Assembly: GCA_031411135.1 (NCBI GenBank)
Contig: JANOAN010000013.1
Location: 30,581-94,580 of the forward strand
Direction: 5' to 3'
DNA length: 64,000 nucleotides
Source of the DNA: a bacterium
GTDB taxonomy: Bacteria > Patescibacteriota > Minisyncoccia > Phycocordibacterales > CAIZLB01
A program made the position numbers and the translations under genes. How positions within the stretch are numbered: the stretch's first letter is position 1; each line of letters starts with the position of its first letter. Shown in pieces: positions 11,501 through 19,215 of the stretch. The notes under the pieces were generated by a model that was given only the letters and a program-made list of their open reading frames with translations, ran no database searches and had not been told where the DNA came from.

Positions 11501-13211
11501 AATCAACACGAAGACCAAATGTTCCACCTGGAACATTGTCTAGGTACGGAGTCGTAGAGACAGATGTCCAGTGATTTCCTACGCTAATTTCCGCACCGAA
11601 AGTTTGCAAACCCTGATTCCCTGATGCTTCTGTATCCGCCTCTACATAAATACCCCACGCTGTATGAGCTACAGTCGGATGGTCGTTCACAGCCAAAAAA
11701 TCGGCACCTATTACCGCACTACTTGTTCCTCCAGTATTATCCCTTGCACGTGAAGCAAATACCCCGCCTGCAAGACCGAATGGACTAACTGCGTAAACGC
11801 TGTGCAAAGATGGATACTGAGCACCGCTGAGATAATCTTTTGGCCATGCAGCAGCAGAAGCAGAACCAAAGTATCCATAGTCAGCATAAGCTATACCGCT
11901 TACTGATAGTGGAAATGCAGGACTTGAGCTGCCAATCCCCACATTCCCTTCCGCAGTGATGGTAAACAATCGAATGTTTGTAGAAGAAGCGATAGCAAAA
12001 ATATCTGTCGTAGCACCAGATGTTCCAGTAATAGCGAGTTTTGCTGAAGGTGAGGTGGTGCCGATACCAACGTTTCCGCCAGAGGTGATTCTTAGTCGTT
12101 CAGTTCGTGAGACTGATCCATCAGCTGTAGTGAGGAATCTTAAGTAGGTAGGCAAAGAAGTAGTGCTCACAGTTCCTGAATCTACTATAGCCTCAATACC
12201 TGAGGTATGTCTAAAAGCACTGCCGGCATATCCTCCGAAAATATTAAATCCTAGTCTATCTCCTGCTACCACATCAGTTGGTAAGGCATCAGTACCACGA
12301 GCATATCTTGCCAAAACTCCTCCACCAGCATTAACGTTTGTTCCCCCGTAAGAATCAAGATTTAAGGTCAATGCAACAGTGGCGTTACTTTGAGTCACTT
12401 TAAAGGGTGAGTTTGCTGATGTTGTATAGACATGAAGGAGTGCGGAGGGTGTACTCGTACCAATCCCCACATTCCCCGCTGCGTTCACTGTAAACAACCT
12501 CGCATTTGTAGATGAAGAAATAGCAAATATATCGGCTGACCCAGCGGTGCCATATATATCGAGTTTGGCGGATGGGCTACTTGTCCCAATTCCCACATTT
12601 CCATTCGATAATAAATCCAATGCGATAACACTACTCGTTCCTGTAAATGTAGCTATATGCCCAGTTCCAAGTTGTCTAATATCCAAAAAAGTACTCGCGG
12701 TATTCGTAGAATTAATTGCATCCGCTCTCAAAAACTGATCCGATGAGAGCCCATTTAAATATTGTGATTGAATTGCCGCAGGTACCGCTCCCAATTTTTT
12801 ACGTGGACTCATTTCTCCGTCATACGACGGTGCTCCTGTACCACCAATGTTTACCCCTAAATAAAGCGTCTGATTAAAATCAACTCCGGTAAATGCAGTT
12901 GTACTTCCAAGCATTACTGAAAACAAACCATTTGTTACCTGCACTTTGTTTGCACCAGTATCAGTTTCAGTCCAAACAGGTGTTGTAGTTGAATTGTTTA
13001 CATACAATTTAAATTCAATATTGTACAAACCATCAGCAACTGCAACACCTGCATTATCAGTCAGTTTTCCCTGGTAATTTATTTGTTGGTTAATGGCAGC
13101 ATCTGCCACCAAGACTCTGACCCCCCATATTGCAAATATTAAAACAAAAGTTCCAATTATAAAATTGAAATTTAGTTTGCTCTTATTTTTCTTTAAATGA
13201 AATATACTCAT
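5589..13211 (-). CDS. giant (2540 aa) Gly/Thr/Ser-rich surface protein with an N-terminal signal-anchor, tail-fibre-like repeats, a 7-bladed beta-propeller region and a Thr/Pro-rich C-terminal stalk
   Basis: Single uninterrupted ORF. N-terminal TM/signal (IIGTFVLIFAIWGV). At least 5 copies of a ~45-aa repeat (TDIFAISSSxNxRIFTVxAxGNVGIGTxxPSAKLDxxG). Seven LYxGT..G.AEVYRYD..W..VS blades. The C-terminus is TTPPVTETIIDPVPTTPTS...APAPE. Confidence 0.85.
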   Translation of the reverse strand: MSIFHLKKNKSKLNFNFIIGTFVLIFAIWGVRVLVADAAINQQINYQGKLTDNAGVAVADGLYNIEFKLYVNNSTTTPVWTETDTGANKVQVTNGLFSVMLGSTTAFTGVDFNQTLYLGVNIGGTGAPSYDGEMSPRKKLGAVPAAIQSQYLNGLSSDQFLRADAINSTNTASTFLDIRQLGTGHIATFTGTSSVIALDLLSNGNVGIGTSSPSAKLDIYGTAGSADIFAISSSTNARLFTVNAAGNVGIGTSTPSALLHVYTTSANSPFKVTQSNATVALTLNLDSYGGTNVNAGGGVLARYARGTDALPTDVVAGDRLGFNIFGGYAGSAFRHTSGIEAIVDSGTVSTTSLPTYLRFLTTADGSVSRTERLRITSGGNVGIGTTSPSAKLAITGTSGATTDIFAIASSTNIRLFTITAEGNVGIGSSSPAFPLSVSGIAYADYGYFGSASAAAWPKDYLSGAQYPSLHSVYAVSPFGLAGGVFASRARDNTGGTSSAVIGADFLAVNDHPTVAHTAWGIYVEADTEASGNQGLQTFGAEISVGNHWTSVSTTPYLDNVPGGTFGLRVDSGTSTIPGTFTSVTAAIQITPNGGLFNSGIIISADAISTSTDPTPPAIALAKNNAISWYSSNSAPNWKLYSEATSGSNKFILGNTTAAISSSFGIGTSSASARLDIYGTSSAPTTDLFAVSSSSNARIFTVTANGRLGLATTSPWSRLSIGTGDAVQMYNTTTAQELGIRIGTTASPDQNTNPGLKVERILSITDAIATANSINGDGVEAYSAIVGIAKGVSGTEVQPVGVSGFGLNDSTSNPGGGGENDALGVYGVGRITGSGTGAGIGGFFLGRRDNDTGKYTGAEIDAANYGTLATTYNTTGYSPTAIWSNALGNANTAAAHLISNAFGRQFQVGLGFTGQNTGGFIGGIASSSIQDDSTSERSILINGTHSKAAIAIAAGSGNVGIGTTTPTFYLDVVAGIGVQDVARFIATSTKTQVVLENSAANSFGTFLTFLKTNNQAWSMGLDSNDSSKFKISTNQANFNSTKFTINTAGLVGIGVTSPTATLDVYGTSTAPTTDIFAVSSSSNSRIFTVAANGNIGLSVSAPTSKLDVGGTLTTTSGGDALLKLSGTVSSSNTGQINGFYNGSVITPTGASVSSVFGLINLPTIANSSAPISNVFGTYSRVDTAASYTGLISSGYGFYAGAPTQSGTLPFTNYSGFVSAGFSNGNGTTSGTINNYGYLIGGHTAAAGSGGTVNNFGGQIFLGSGSGAGTTNNYGLYITGNGGTGGAGTTNNYSIYNGSAAKSYFAGSQLIASPTEYGRFTVTGSTTDTTSRTIAALDSSNRLILEMFNSGRMQVIDYSTGGIFVLYNQATAANGNIAGHYAFGAKDSAQNTHTTGRFNNYITNISSTSLSSRLELQYMDNVNGAPGGVYAYQQPNKTVSIDSTGFYLPNIPLKNTSGALSLENLVYVASSTGTVGIGTTTPSAKLDIYGTSSTPTTDLLAISSSSNTRLVTVTASGNLGLGTSTPAAKLDVNGDVWLEGLSRYLNFGTVATGTNGYGFRDNAGTMQFKNSAGSWTTIGGVGAGTPSGSDGYVQFSTTGAFNADSNFFWDNTNKRLGIGTTSPSEKLTVMGNVLVGSQASTTATWTTRSTAVGQIRSAGTTGIGSTTVMTVFNGSLYAGTASSSGAAEIYRFDSGTSNWTKVSQATAGTIASGGTAAITSIASMIVYNGQLYIGTGKTGAAEVYRYGGGTTWSLISSSTAGAIGGTATTTAIDAVSAMTVNGGFLYIGTQKTGGAEVYRYDVGTGNNNNWTKVSHLTNAGTIGATTLVDKISAMATYLGTLYVAGNKLNAAGLYRYDGPGATPGNGFTILNTAGTFAGQSVAITAVDSITSMSNFNGKLYLGISDGAGTARVLKWDSTAATAAGATNVFQVVSSSTVGVIAEDVGATTGIDSIGAMGVYKGNLYVGTVDTSNTAEVYQLDIGNNWTRVSSTTAGVITGAASNAITGVYSINIYNGDLWFGTGKANGAEVYSYNFIGQESYNLMFNANSGQGGGEVNGNLNTGTIQFFGDNNSFANTGNLNTGVFRFSHGINTAFGAYDIAEDYPTRDDTLEAGDVISIDVHEHGLVTKSSGTNDKNVIGIYSKNPALRLSQQDATIDGATAIPVALAGRVPVKVTLENGPIVIGDYLMTSTEPGKAAKATHPGRVVGRAMSAYDGSDSTEAATVMVFIGMETISSNDLDNATTTLDIASSTIDMLTETGDDLMSKIVDLANTSISDIAMSITSVAQNISSLVVNKITVIALNVKQAFVKVLAILPGGSIFVPSGTNELAGVGFIATSTMEVFIENNQIDQNSNVFLTPTSATDVPLFVAEKRAGQGFLVRIVHPAQSSISFDWFFVKTYKSKDDADNQISTIISSTNTSTTTDDINQNTSTTTTTSTTLSIDENRVSSEGATSTVGVGGAGDSTPVSSNENNLGTTTVLVPEVTTPPVTETIIDPVPTTPTSVIPTVSEPVAPQTETAPTPAPEVIAAPEATAAPAPEATNN

Positions 13212-14746
13212 AAGAAGACAAATCTAATCAGGAACAACAGGAACCACAGGGTAATTAAAACTAAAGCCAACTTGGCAACAGGGGGCACGATCGTTGATGC
13301 AAAACTTTTGAGCTTCGAGACAAAACCTTTATCAACAACTTCCCCTTTATTATCAACTGATTTCATAGAAAACAAACCAGTGGCAATAACCGCCTCCTGA
13401 CCACCTAATTCTAGCATCTTTACGTAAAATTTATAGTCACCTTGGTAGGCAAAAGCGGGGACAACTACCCCAAATTTCCTCTCACTGTCGTCTTTATTCA
13501 ATAGATACCCAAATCTTTCATTAAAAATATTTCCATCAACACATAAAACCAATGTCGACCCATCAAATCTAGGATTTTTGTCAAAAGGAATTTCAAGTGT
13601 CATTGGATAACTTGAGTCCAATTGAATATTTGAACCATTTCTATATACAGTTTTTTTATTTTGCAAAAATCTAATATTTGACGCATCCAAATTCAAAGTA
13701 TTTGGGGTCGTCTGAGGATAACCTAAATCATTCTTATTGGTGAATAAATTGTCAGTTATTGAGCAAATATTTGGACGTCCTATATTTTTATTAATAGTAC
13801 CTGTCAAAATTTCACCATCTGAATTAGCTGTAAATATATAAGGTTTTCCATCAACCAATAGTGGATCCTTTGGTTTTGCAGGTACAGAAGTGGTCGCAAT
13901 ATTTGTTGTTGTGTTTTTTGGTTTTTTATAGGTTAATTGCAAAATTGCTGGTCCTGAAAAGTTTCCGCTCTTGTCGCTTGAAAAAAGCGAATAGTAATAC
14001 GTAACACCTTCTCTTACATCCAAATCTGAAACATTTTCCCCTGCTCCCTCATAAATAATTTTTCCTGAAAATTGATCTTTTGGAAAGCTAATGTCAGATC
14101 GAACAAGTTTTACTTTAGAAAAATCCAAATTTTTTGGATTTGTCCATCTTAGAAGAGTAAAGTCAGGTGCCAATGCGTACCTAAATTCAGATGGTGGAGG
14201 TGGCGCATCATTATCAATTGATGCAGTTGTCACAAAATCTCCTTCAAAGTGAAAAACTCTGCTCAAAGTATCAGTTAAAGTTAAGTAATAGTAATAATGC
14301 GTTGATGGTAATAAGTTTTCAACACGAATATTAAATTGTTCATGGTACCAAGATTCTGCCAAAGAGCCTATTTCATATTCTCCTTTATTTCCCCATGATA
14401 ATGTCATGTGGGATGCAAATTTTGTTTTAAAAACGATAACCGCATGGTCTTCTGAAGGTACAACTTCTATTTCGTCCACCAAAAAATCTGCTGTGGTAAA
14501 TGGTGTAGTAGTGGCAGTTGAAGTATTGTTTGTGGAACCTGAACCACTTGGAACAACAGGAGGTGGTGGGCAATCTGCAGCGCAAGTGGCAGTTGTTTCT
14601 CCGATCATGGGTTCACAAACTGTATTAAGATTACAAGACGCAACATTTAAATAAACATTTACTGATCCTGCCAGTGCAACTTTAGACGAAACTAAACCTA
14701 TAAAAATGAGCAAAAATGCGACCTTGCAAAAAAATTTCATGTCCAC
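13208..14746 (-). CDS. type-I membrane protein with signal peptide, Cys-rich module, FN3-like domain and C-terminal TM anchor
   Basis: 512 aa. Signal MDMKFFCKVAFLLIFIGLVSSKVALA. Cys-rich module CNLNTVCEP...CAADCPPPP. FN3-like stretch (PPPSEFRYALAPDFTLLRWTNP...YYYSLFSSD). C-terminal TM LALVLITLWFLLFLIRFVFL. A 4-nt ATGA overlap with the giant gene implies translational coupling. Confidence 0.7.
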   Translation of the reverse strand: MDMKFFCKVAFLLIFIGLVSSKVALAGSVNVYLNVASCNLNTVCEPMIGETTATCAADCPPPPVVPSGSGSTNNTSTATTTPFTTADFLVDEIEVVPSEDHAVIVFKTKFASHMTLSWGNKGEYEIGSLAESWYHEQFNIRVENLLPSTHYYYYLTLTDTLSRVFHFEGDFVTTASIDNDAPPPPSEFRYALAPDFTLLRWTNPKNLDFSKVKLVRSDISFPKDQFSGKIIYEGAGENVSDLDVREGVTYYYSLFSSDKSGNFSGPAILQLTYKKPKNTTTNIATTSVPAKPKDPLLVDGKPYIFTANSDGEILTGTINKNIGRPNICSITDNLFTNKNDLGYPQTTPNTLNLDASNIRFLQNKKTVYRNGSNIQLDSSYPMTLEIPFDKNPRFDGSTLVLCVDGNIFNERFGYLLNKDDSERKFGVVVPAFAYQGDYKFYVKMLELGGQEAVIATGLFSMKSVDNKGEVVDKGFVSKLKSFASTIVPPVAKLALVLITLWFLLFLIRFVFL

Positions 14747-14787
14747 TAATTATACATCAAAAAACTTTTTTTATTAAGGAAAAAAAA

Positions 14788-15558
14788 CTATAAAGTAGTC
14801 GCTGTTACCGTAACCGAAGCCGAGTACCCAGGAGAAGCCTCTTGAATTGTAGCCGATCCAATTTCTACCCTATATTTTATAGTGGTCGTTGCACCTGTTG
14901 TGTTTGGTCCTGATGATTGAGAAATGGTAATTGGGGTTGTTGAAAAACCATCCCAACAAGCATTAGCAGTATCGCTTGTTCCAAAATTACAAGATGCACC
15001 ATTATCTTTGTATCGTTGGACAATATCTGTTCCCTCTGGACTAAATCCAAAATACGCCTGACTACTTGTAACTGTAAACGAATAATCTGGATTAGCTCCT
15101 GATGGTACATAATCAGGGATTGAAGTATTCGCAGATTTCAGAGCCGGACTAGTCGAGGCCACAATAGTTAACTGATAACCCAAGGAATTATTAGTCGTAA
15201 CAACCCAATCACTTGAACTTGTCGCCACACCTCCTGTTAAACCACTGATATTTGGTAATGAGACTCCACTTGGTGAATTAATTGTTATATAGGTAGAACT
15301 TGCTGCAGTATACTGCCAAAATCCAGCGTCATTTAGACGATAATTCGTACTTGATGAGAGTCCCGTAGCAACCTCACCGACTGAATCAGAAACTTTATAA
15401 TTTGTACTATTTGATAAATTTGTACCACCAGCATTAACAGAATCAGAATCTATTCTGTAATTTGAACTACCCATTGTATACGCCATTAGAGATACTGGGA
15501 AAAAATATATCAACACTATAGCGCAAAAAATTTTATGCATATTTTTTTTATCTTTCAT
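14788..15558 (-). CDS. secreted small surface protein, paralogue of 16649..17296 (WxL-like)
   Basis: Signal peptide. Three SNYR(I/L)xD repeats. Shared block DWVVTTNNSLGYQLTIVASTSPA...SGQAYFGFSPEGTD...GYSASVTVTATTL. Confidence 0.65.
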   Translation of the reverse strand: MKDKKNMHKIFCAIVLIYFFPVSLMAYTMGSSNYRIDSDSVNAGGTNLSNSTNYKVSDSVGEVATGLSSSTNYRLNDAGFWQYTAASSTYITINSPSGVSLPNISGLTGGVATSSSDWVVTTNNSLGYQLTIVASTSPALKSANTSIPDYVPSGANPDYSFTVTSSQAYFGFSPEGTDIVQRYKDNGASCNFGTSDTANACWDGFSTTPITISQSSGPNTTGATTTIKYRVEIGSATIQEASPGYSASVTVTATTL

Positions 15559-15623
15559 TTTGCTAAATAAATTGGAACTTTTAAAGAAACTAGTAACAAC
15601 AAGAGTACCCAGACTTTTTTTTA

Positions 15624-16577
15624 CTATCTCTTCTTAAATTCAAACTTTTTAGTAAACAAGTAGATCAAGAAGAATACAACAAACAGAATTGCCAAGACTG
15701 AAACAATATACATCCATGGTAAAACCCAAAAACCTAGGTCCTTTTTATCAATCATATTGGAATATCCTCTATGTAATTCTAAGTGAGCATTGTAATATCC
15801 AAACAAAAATTCTTTTGGCCATGTCACCTGTCTGTACCTTAGTGAATTTGGTAGTGCAAAGTAAGCATCAACTGGTATTTCAGTCACTTTTTGTCCAAAA
15901 ATATTTGTAATTGTTAGCATTCCGTATGGCACAAGGTGAATATTTCCTGAATTTCTAAAAAGCATTTCAAAAGTCAACGGACCATTTTGTAACACTCCAA
16001 ACTTTGGACCAGTCACCCTCATTTCTTCAAGTGAACCTGATTCTTTAACATCTCCATTTATTCGTATAAAAAACAAAACACCAACTCGTGAAATTAACCT
16101 CGTACCCGCTGCCCCTCCATCCGTAGAATTATCAGGAACACTCGACACAATGACGGTTGTATAAAATCCTCCTGGCTGAGCATCCTTTGGAGCAGTAATA
16201 GAAACGGGTATTTCAATTTTTTGACCAAGGTCTAAATTAAAGCTATTTGTGTCTGGTTTAATATTATCCTTGAATGAATACGGGCTTTTATCATTTCCAA
16301 GCAAAATTACTGGGGTTTCTGGATTTTGAGAACCAATAAAATCTTCTGTGCTAACTGTAAACTTTTGCTTTCTATTAATTCTACTAGTTACTGCAATATT
16401 TTTAACAACTGTCTCTCCAGGGTTCATAAATATTTCTATTTTTCCAGGCTCTAGTACGAAATCACCTCGATCGTCTGCTCCGCTGTTAGTTATAGTATAA
16501 GCATCTGCAGTACTACTCATTCCAAATAGTGCTATTCCCAGAATTAACGTGTTTAGTATTGTTTTTTTAGCAACCAT
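15624..16577 (-). CDS. cell-surface protein with N-terminal signal and C-terminal TM anchor (DUF916/DUF3324-like, as in WxL loci)
   Basis: 317 aa. The N-terminal half (FVLEPGKIEIFMNPGETVVKNIAVTS) and the C-terminal half (VLQNGPLTFEMLFRNSGNIHLVPYGMLTI...W...GYYNAHLEL) resemble DUF916 and DUF3324 respectively. Ends with a TM helix and KKFEFKKR. The family assignment is from memory and unverified. Confidence 0.6.
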   Translation of the reverse strand: MVAKKTILNTLILGIALFGMSSTADAYTITNSGADDRGDFVLEPGKIEIFMNPGETVVKNIAVTSRINRKQKFTVSTEDFIGSQNPETPVILLGNDKSPYSFKDNIKPDTNSFNLDLGQKIEIPVSITAPKDAQPGGFYTTVIVSSVPDNSTDGGAAGTRLISRVGVLFFIRINGDVKESGSLEEMRVTGPKFGVLQNGPLTFEMLFRNSGNIHLVPYGMLTITNIFGQKVTEIPVDAYFALPNSLRYRQVTWPKEFLFGYYNAHLELHRGYSNMIDKKDLGFWVLPWMYIVSVLAILFVVFFLIYLFTKKFEFKKR

Positions 16578-16648
16578 GTTGATTGTATTACATTAAGTGT
16601 ATGGTGATAAACCTACCACCAATATCCTATAAAGTAAAATTGGATTTT

Positions 16649-17296
16649 TTATGAGGCAGTTGCTGTAGCTGTAATTGTAGCCTGATAATTACCAGCTGGG
16701 ATGTATGTATTGTTTTGCTCTACTGCGTAGCAAACGACTGAATCAACACCTGATGGAGTCGTTGTAGAAGATCGACTAGCGATTTGCACACCTGACGTTG
16801 TGAATCCCTTGTATTTTAGAGTAGTTGAAGTACCGTTTGGAGTACTGTAACAAAGTGAGCCTGTTCCCCATGTACCTGTTGGTACATCCGTCCCGAAAGA
16901 TGAGTAACCGAAGTATGCCTGTCCTGATGTTGCAACCCAAAGGTTAGGAGCACCTGTCTGGTAATCCGCAATACTGTTTGGAGTTGTTGTTGAATTCATA
17001 GCAGGAGTAGAGGTTGCCTGCACAGTCAGTGTATATCCAGTAGCACTGTTTGTTTTAACATTCCATGTTGTTGTTCCGTTTGCCGAGTTCTGTGCAACAC
17101 CCAGTGCCGTGCTCATGTTTGAGTTTGAAGGACTTGTGATCGATACACCTGATGTTACGTTTAATGTGATAACAACAGAACTACTTGCAGTTGCTGCTCC
17201 GGCAGTAGCGGGTTCAATAATTGAGTAAGCACCTCCTAGTAGGAGTACCGAGACCAGAGAAGCGGCTGTGGATTTTTTTATAAGTGGTAACAACAT
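16649..17296 (-). CDS. secreted small surface protein, paralogue of 14788..15558 (WxL-like), first gene of the operon
   Basis: Signal peptide. TTWNVKTNSATGYTLTVQATSTPA...SGQAYFGYSSFGTD...AGNYQATITATATAS. A 190-nt AT-rich promoter region lies upstream. Confidence 0.65.
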   Translation of the reverse strand: MLLPLIKKSTAASLVSVLLLGGAYSIIEPATAGAATASSSVVITLNVTSGVSITSPSNSNMSTALGVAQNSANGTTTWNVKTNSATGYTLTVQATSTPAMNSTTTPNSIADYQTGAPNLWVATSGQAYFGYSSFGTDVPTGTWGTGSLCYSTPNGTSTTLKYKGFTTSGVQIASRSSTTTPSGVDSVVCYAVEQNNTYIPAGNYQATITATATAS

Positions 17297-17485
17297 TTTT
17301 TTAGATTATTTTTTTATTAAGGTGTTTTTATTTCGGGAGATTTTTAGATTATTTTTTAAAGATTCTAAACAATCAACCCTATGCGTGTAATTATACATTA
17401 AAAAATAAAATATTTTCAATAATAAGTGTGGATAACTAATCTTTGATACTTGAAAAAAAATTATGTAATTCAGAAGCAACTAGAG

Positions 17486-17758
17486 TTAGAGTGCTTTTTC
17501 TTTCATAAGAATTTTTATTTTGTTTGAAGCTCCGCGATTATATCCTCCTGTTTTTCCATCCGAACGTATGACCCGGTGGCATGGAATTTTTGGATCGTAG
17601 TTTTTGTTGAGGATGTTTCCGACGGCACGTACAGCTTTTGGGTTTCCGGCTTTTTTAGCAACTTCTTTGTACGTTAAAGTGTATCCTTTTTTTATTTTTC
17701 TAACTACGTTATAAACTTTTTCAGTAAAGTTTTCTATCATTAGCGATGTTTTTCGCAA
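17486..17758 (-). CDS. methylated-DNA-protein-cysteine methyltransferase DNA-binding/active-site domain protein (minimal MGMT, 90 aa)
   Basis: Active-site PCHRV with the preceding helix-turn-helix (YKEVAKKAGNPKAVRAVGNIL). Confidence 0.75.
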   Translation of the reverse strand: MRKTSLMIENFTEKVYNVVRKIKKGYTLTYKEVAKKAGNPKAVRAVGNILNKNYDPKIPCHRVIRSDGKTGGYNRGASNKIKILMKEKAL

Positions 17759-18168
17759 TTGCAGTTGATGAAGTTATCTATAGAGTACTTACCCGCTCCG
17801 AAAAGGACGATTGCTATTGCTGTCAACATCAACATAAATGGATATTCATAGCCACCATTAGCCAAACTGAATCCCTGAGCAAATAGTACCTTAACAGCAA
17901 CGGCCATAATAATTGCGATCAAAACCGCTGCGGCTCGAGTGAACAAGCCTAACACTAGGGCAACCCCTCCGATAAACTCAGCGTATGCGACAAAGTACGC
18001 CATCCAAGCAGCGAATCCGATTTTTCCAAAAAATCCTATAACCATGTCGATATTGGCAATTTTATTCCAACCTGAAACGATAAAGACTATACCGATAGCA
18101 ATTCGTAAAATTAAATAGCCGACGTCTGGCTTGTGCATTTTTTCAATAGTGTGGTGAATGATTTTCAT
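17740..18168 (-). CDS. DoxX family membrane protein
   Basis: 4-TM DoxX pattern (LILRIAIGIVFIVSGWNKI...). 19-nt overlap with the downstream MGMT gene. Confidence 0.7.
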   Translation of the reverse strand: MKIIHHTIEKMHKPDVGYLILRIAIGIVFIVSGWNKIANIDMVIGFFGKIGFAAWMAYFVAYAEFIGGVALVLGLFTRAAAVLIAIIMAVAVKVLFAQGFSLANGGYEYPFMLMLTAIAIVLFGAGKYSIDNFINCNCEKHR

Positions 18169-18223
18169 TTATTTTAAAGTTTATATTTATATCCGTTAAT
18201 TGTAGCAGACTGGACAGGAGGTG

Positions 18224-18481
18224 TTAAGAACCTTTTTGGACTTTCTTAGAGTAATGAAAGATTAGTTTAAAAAGCTTTTGGACAAATATTGGGTCTATTT
18301 TCTTCTTCTTTGAGATAGACGAGAGTTTTGCAAGCAATTCCTGCTCCCTTTTAGGCTGATTAATGGCTATTTTATTTTGCTTTTTATATATACCGATCTC
18401 CCTTGAGACTTTCTGGCGCTCAGCTAACAAAGTCAGTAGTTGTAAATCAATTTTATTTATTTTACTTCTTAAATTTTGCAT
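18224..18481 (-). CDS. chorismate mutase (AroQ-type) domain protein
   Basis: LRSKINKIDLQLLTLLAERQKVSREIG matches the AroQ helix-1 consensus (R..ID.ID..ll.Ll.eR..l...ig). Confidence 0.6.
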   Translation of the reverse strand: MQNLRSKINKIDLQLLTLLAERQKVSREIGIYKKQNKIAINQPKREQELLAKLSSISKKKKIDPIFVQKLFKLIFHYSKKVQKGS

Positions 18482-18482
18482 A

Positions 18483-19144
18483 CTATTTTATTTCAAGTTC
18501 CGTGCTGGCTTTTTGTCCTGGGCGCTTAATGATTAATTGTGTTTCTGGAATATCAAGTTCCAAATTATCAATAATTTTTTGTGCTACTTCGTCCACATCC
18601 ATAAATTGATCAAAGTTTGCAGGGACGGCTTCGTTAAACAACTCAGTCTTAATACCTCCTGGGTACACTCCGATAATATTTATATGTGAAGGTTTTAATT
18701 CTTCTCTTATCGTGTTAGTAATCCACGCAAAGCGTATTTTGTTGCCACATACATTGCACCACTTGAGCCATTCATACCGTCAAAAGCCGTTGTGGATATT
18801 ATGTTTACAATAGTTCCACTTCCCTGTTTTTTCATTTGACGAACTGCAACGCGGGTGCCATTTATAGTTCCAAATAAATTTATATTGATTAAGTTCCTAG
18901 CTTTTTCCATGTCTAAATTTTCAATCGGCTCTGGCGGGAGCCACACCCCGGCGTTGTTAATCCAGATGTCGATGTGACCGATTTTTTCAGCAAAGGAGGT
19001 TAAGACTTTCTCATCAGTTACATCATAGTTTGCCCTACTGCAGGTGGAGACCTTTGCTCCTTTTGCAATGAGAATTTCAGACATGGCTTTTCCTAGGCCT
19101 TTGGTTCCGCCGGTTATGGCGATGACTTTATTGGAGTGGTTCAT
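18483..19144 (-). pseudogene. short-chain dehydrogenase/reductase (SDR) split by a 1-nt frameshift
   Basis: The N-terminal ORF has TGGTKGLGKA, NNAG and YVATK. The C-terminal continuation (TNTIREELKPSHINIIGVYPGGIKTE) lies in the +1 frame. The shift maps to ggattactaacacg near 18700. Confidence 0.7.
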
Positions 19145-19215
19145 TAGTAGTAATTATACATTAATTTAATAACTTATTTAATTTTTGTTAATGTTGACTT
19201 ATTAATATTTTCTAC

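Noticed and set aside
6205-12738. Plus-strand ORFs inside the giant gene (6205..6663, 8377..8754, 9805..10113, 11266..11451, 11956..12147, 12163..12351, 12547..12738) and short minus ORFs (8369..8569, 10523..10705, 10988..11341)
   Set aside because: They are antisense or out-of-frame to a continuous 7.6-kb ORF with consistent repeat structure, and are low-complexity translations of the G/T/S-rich codons.
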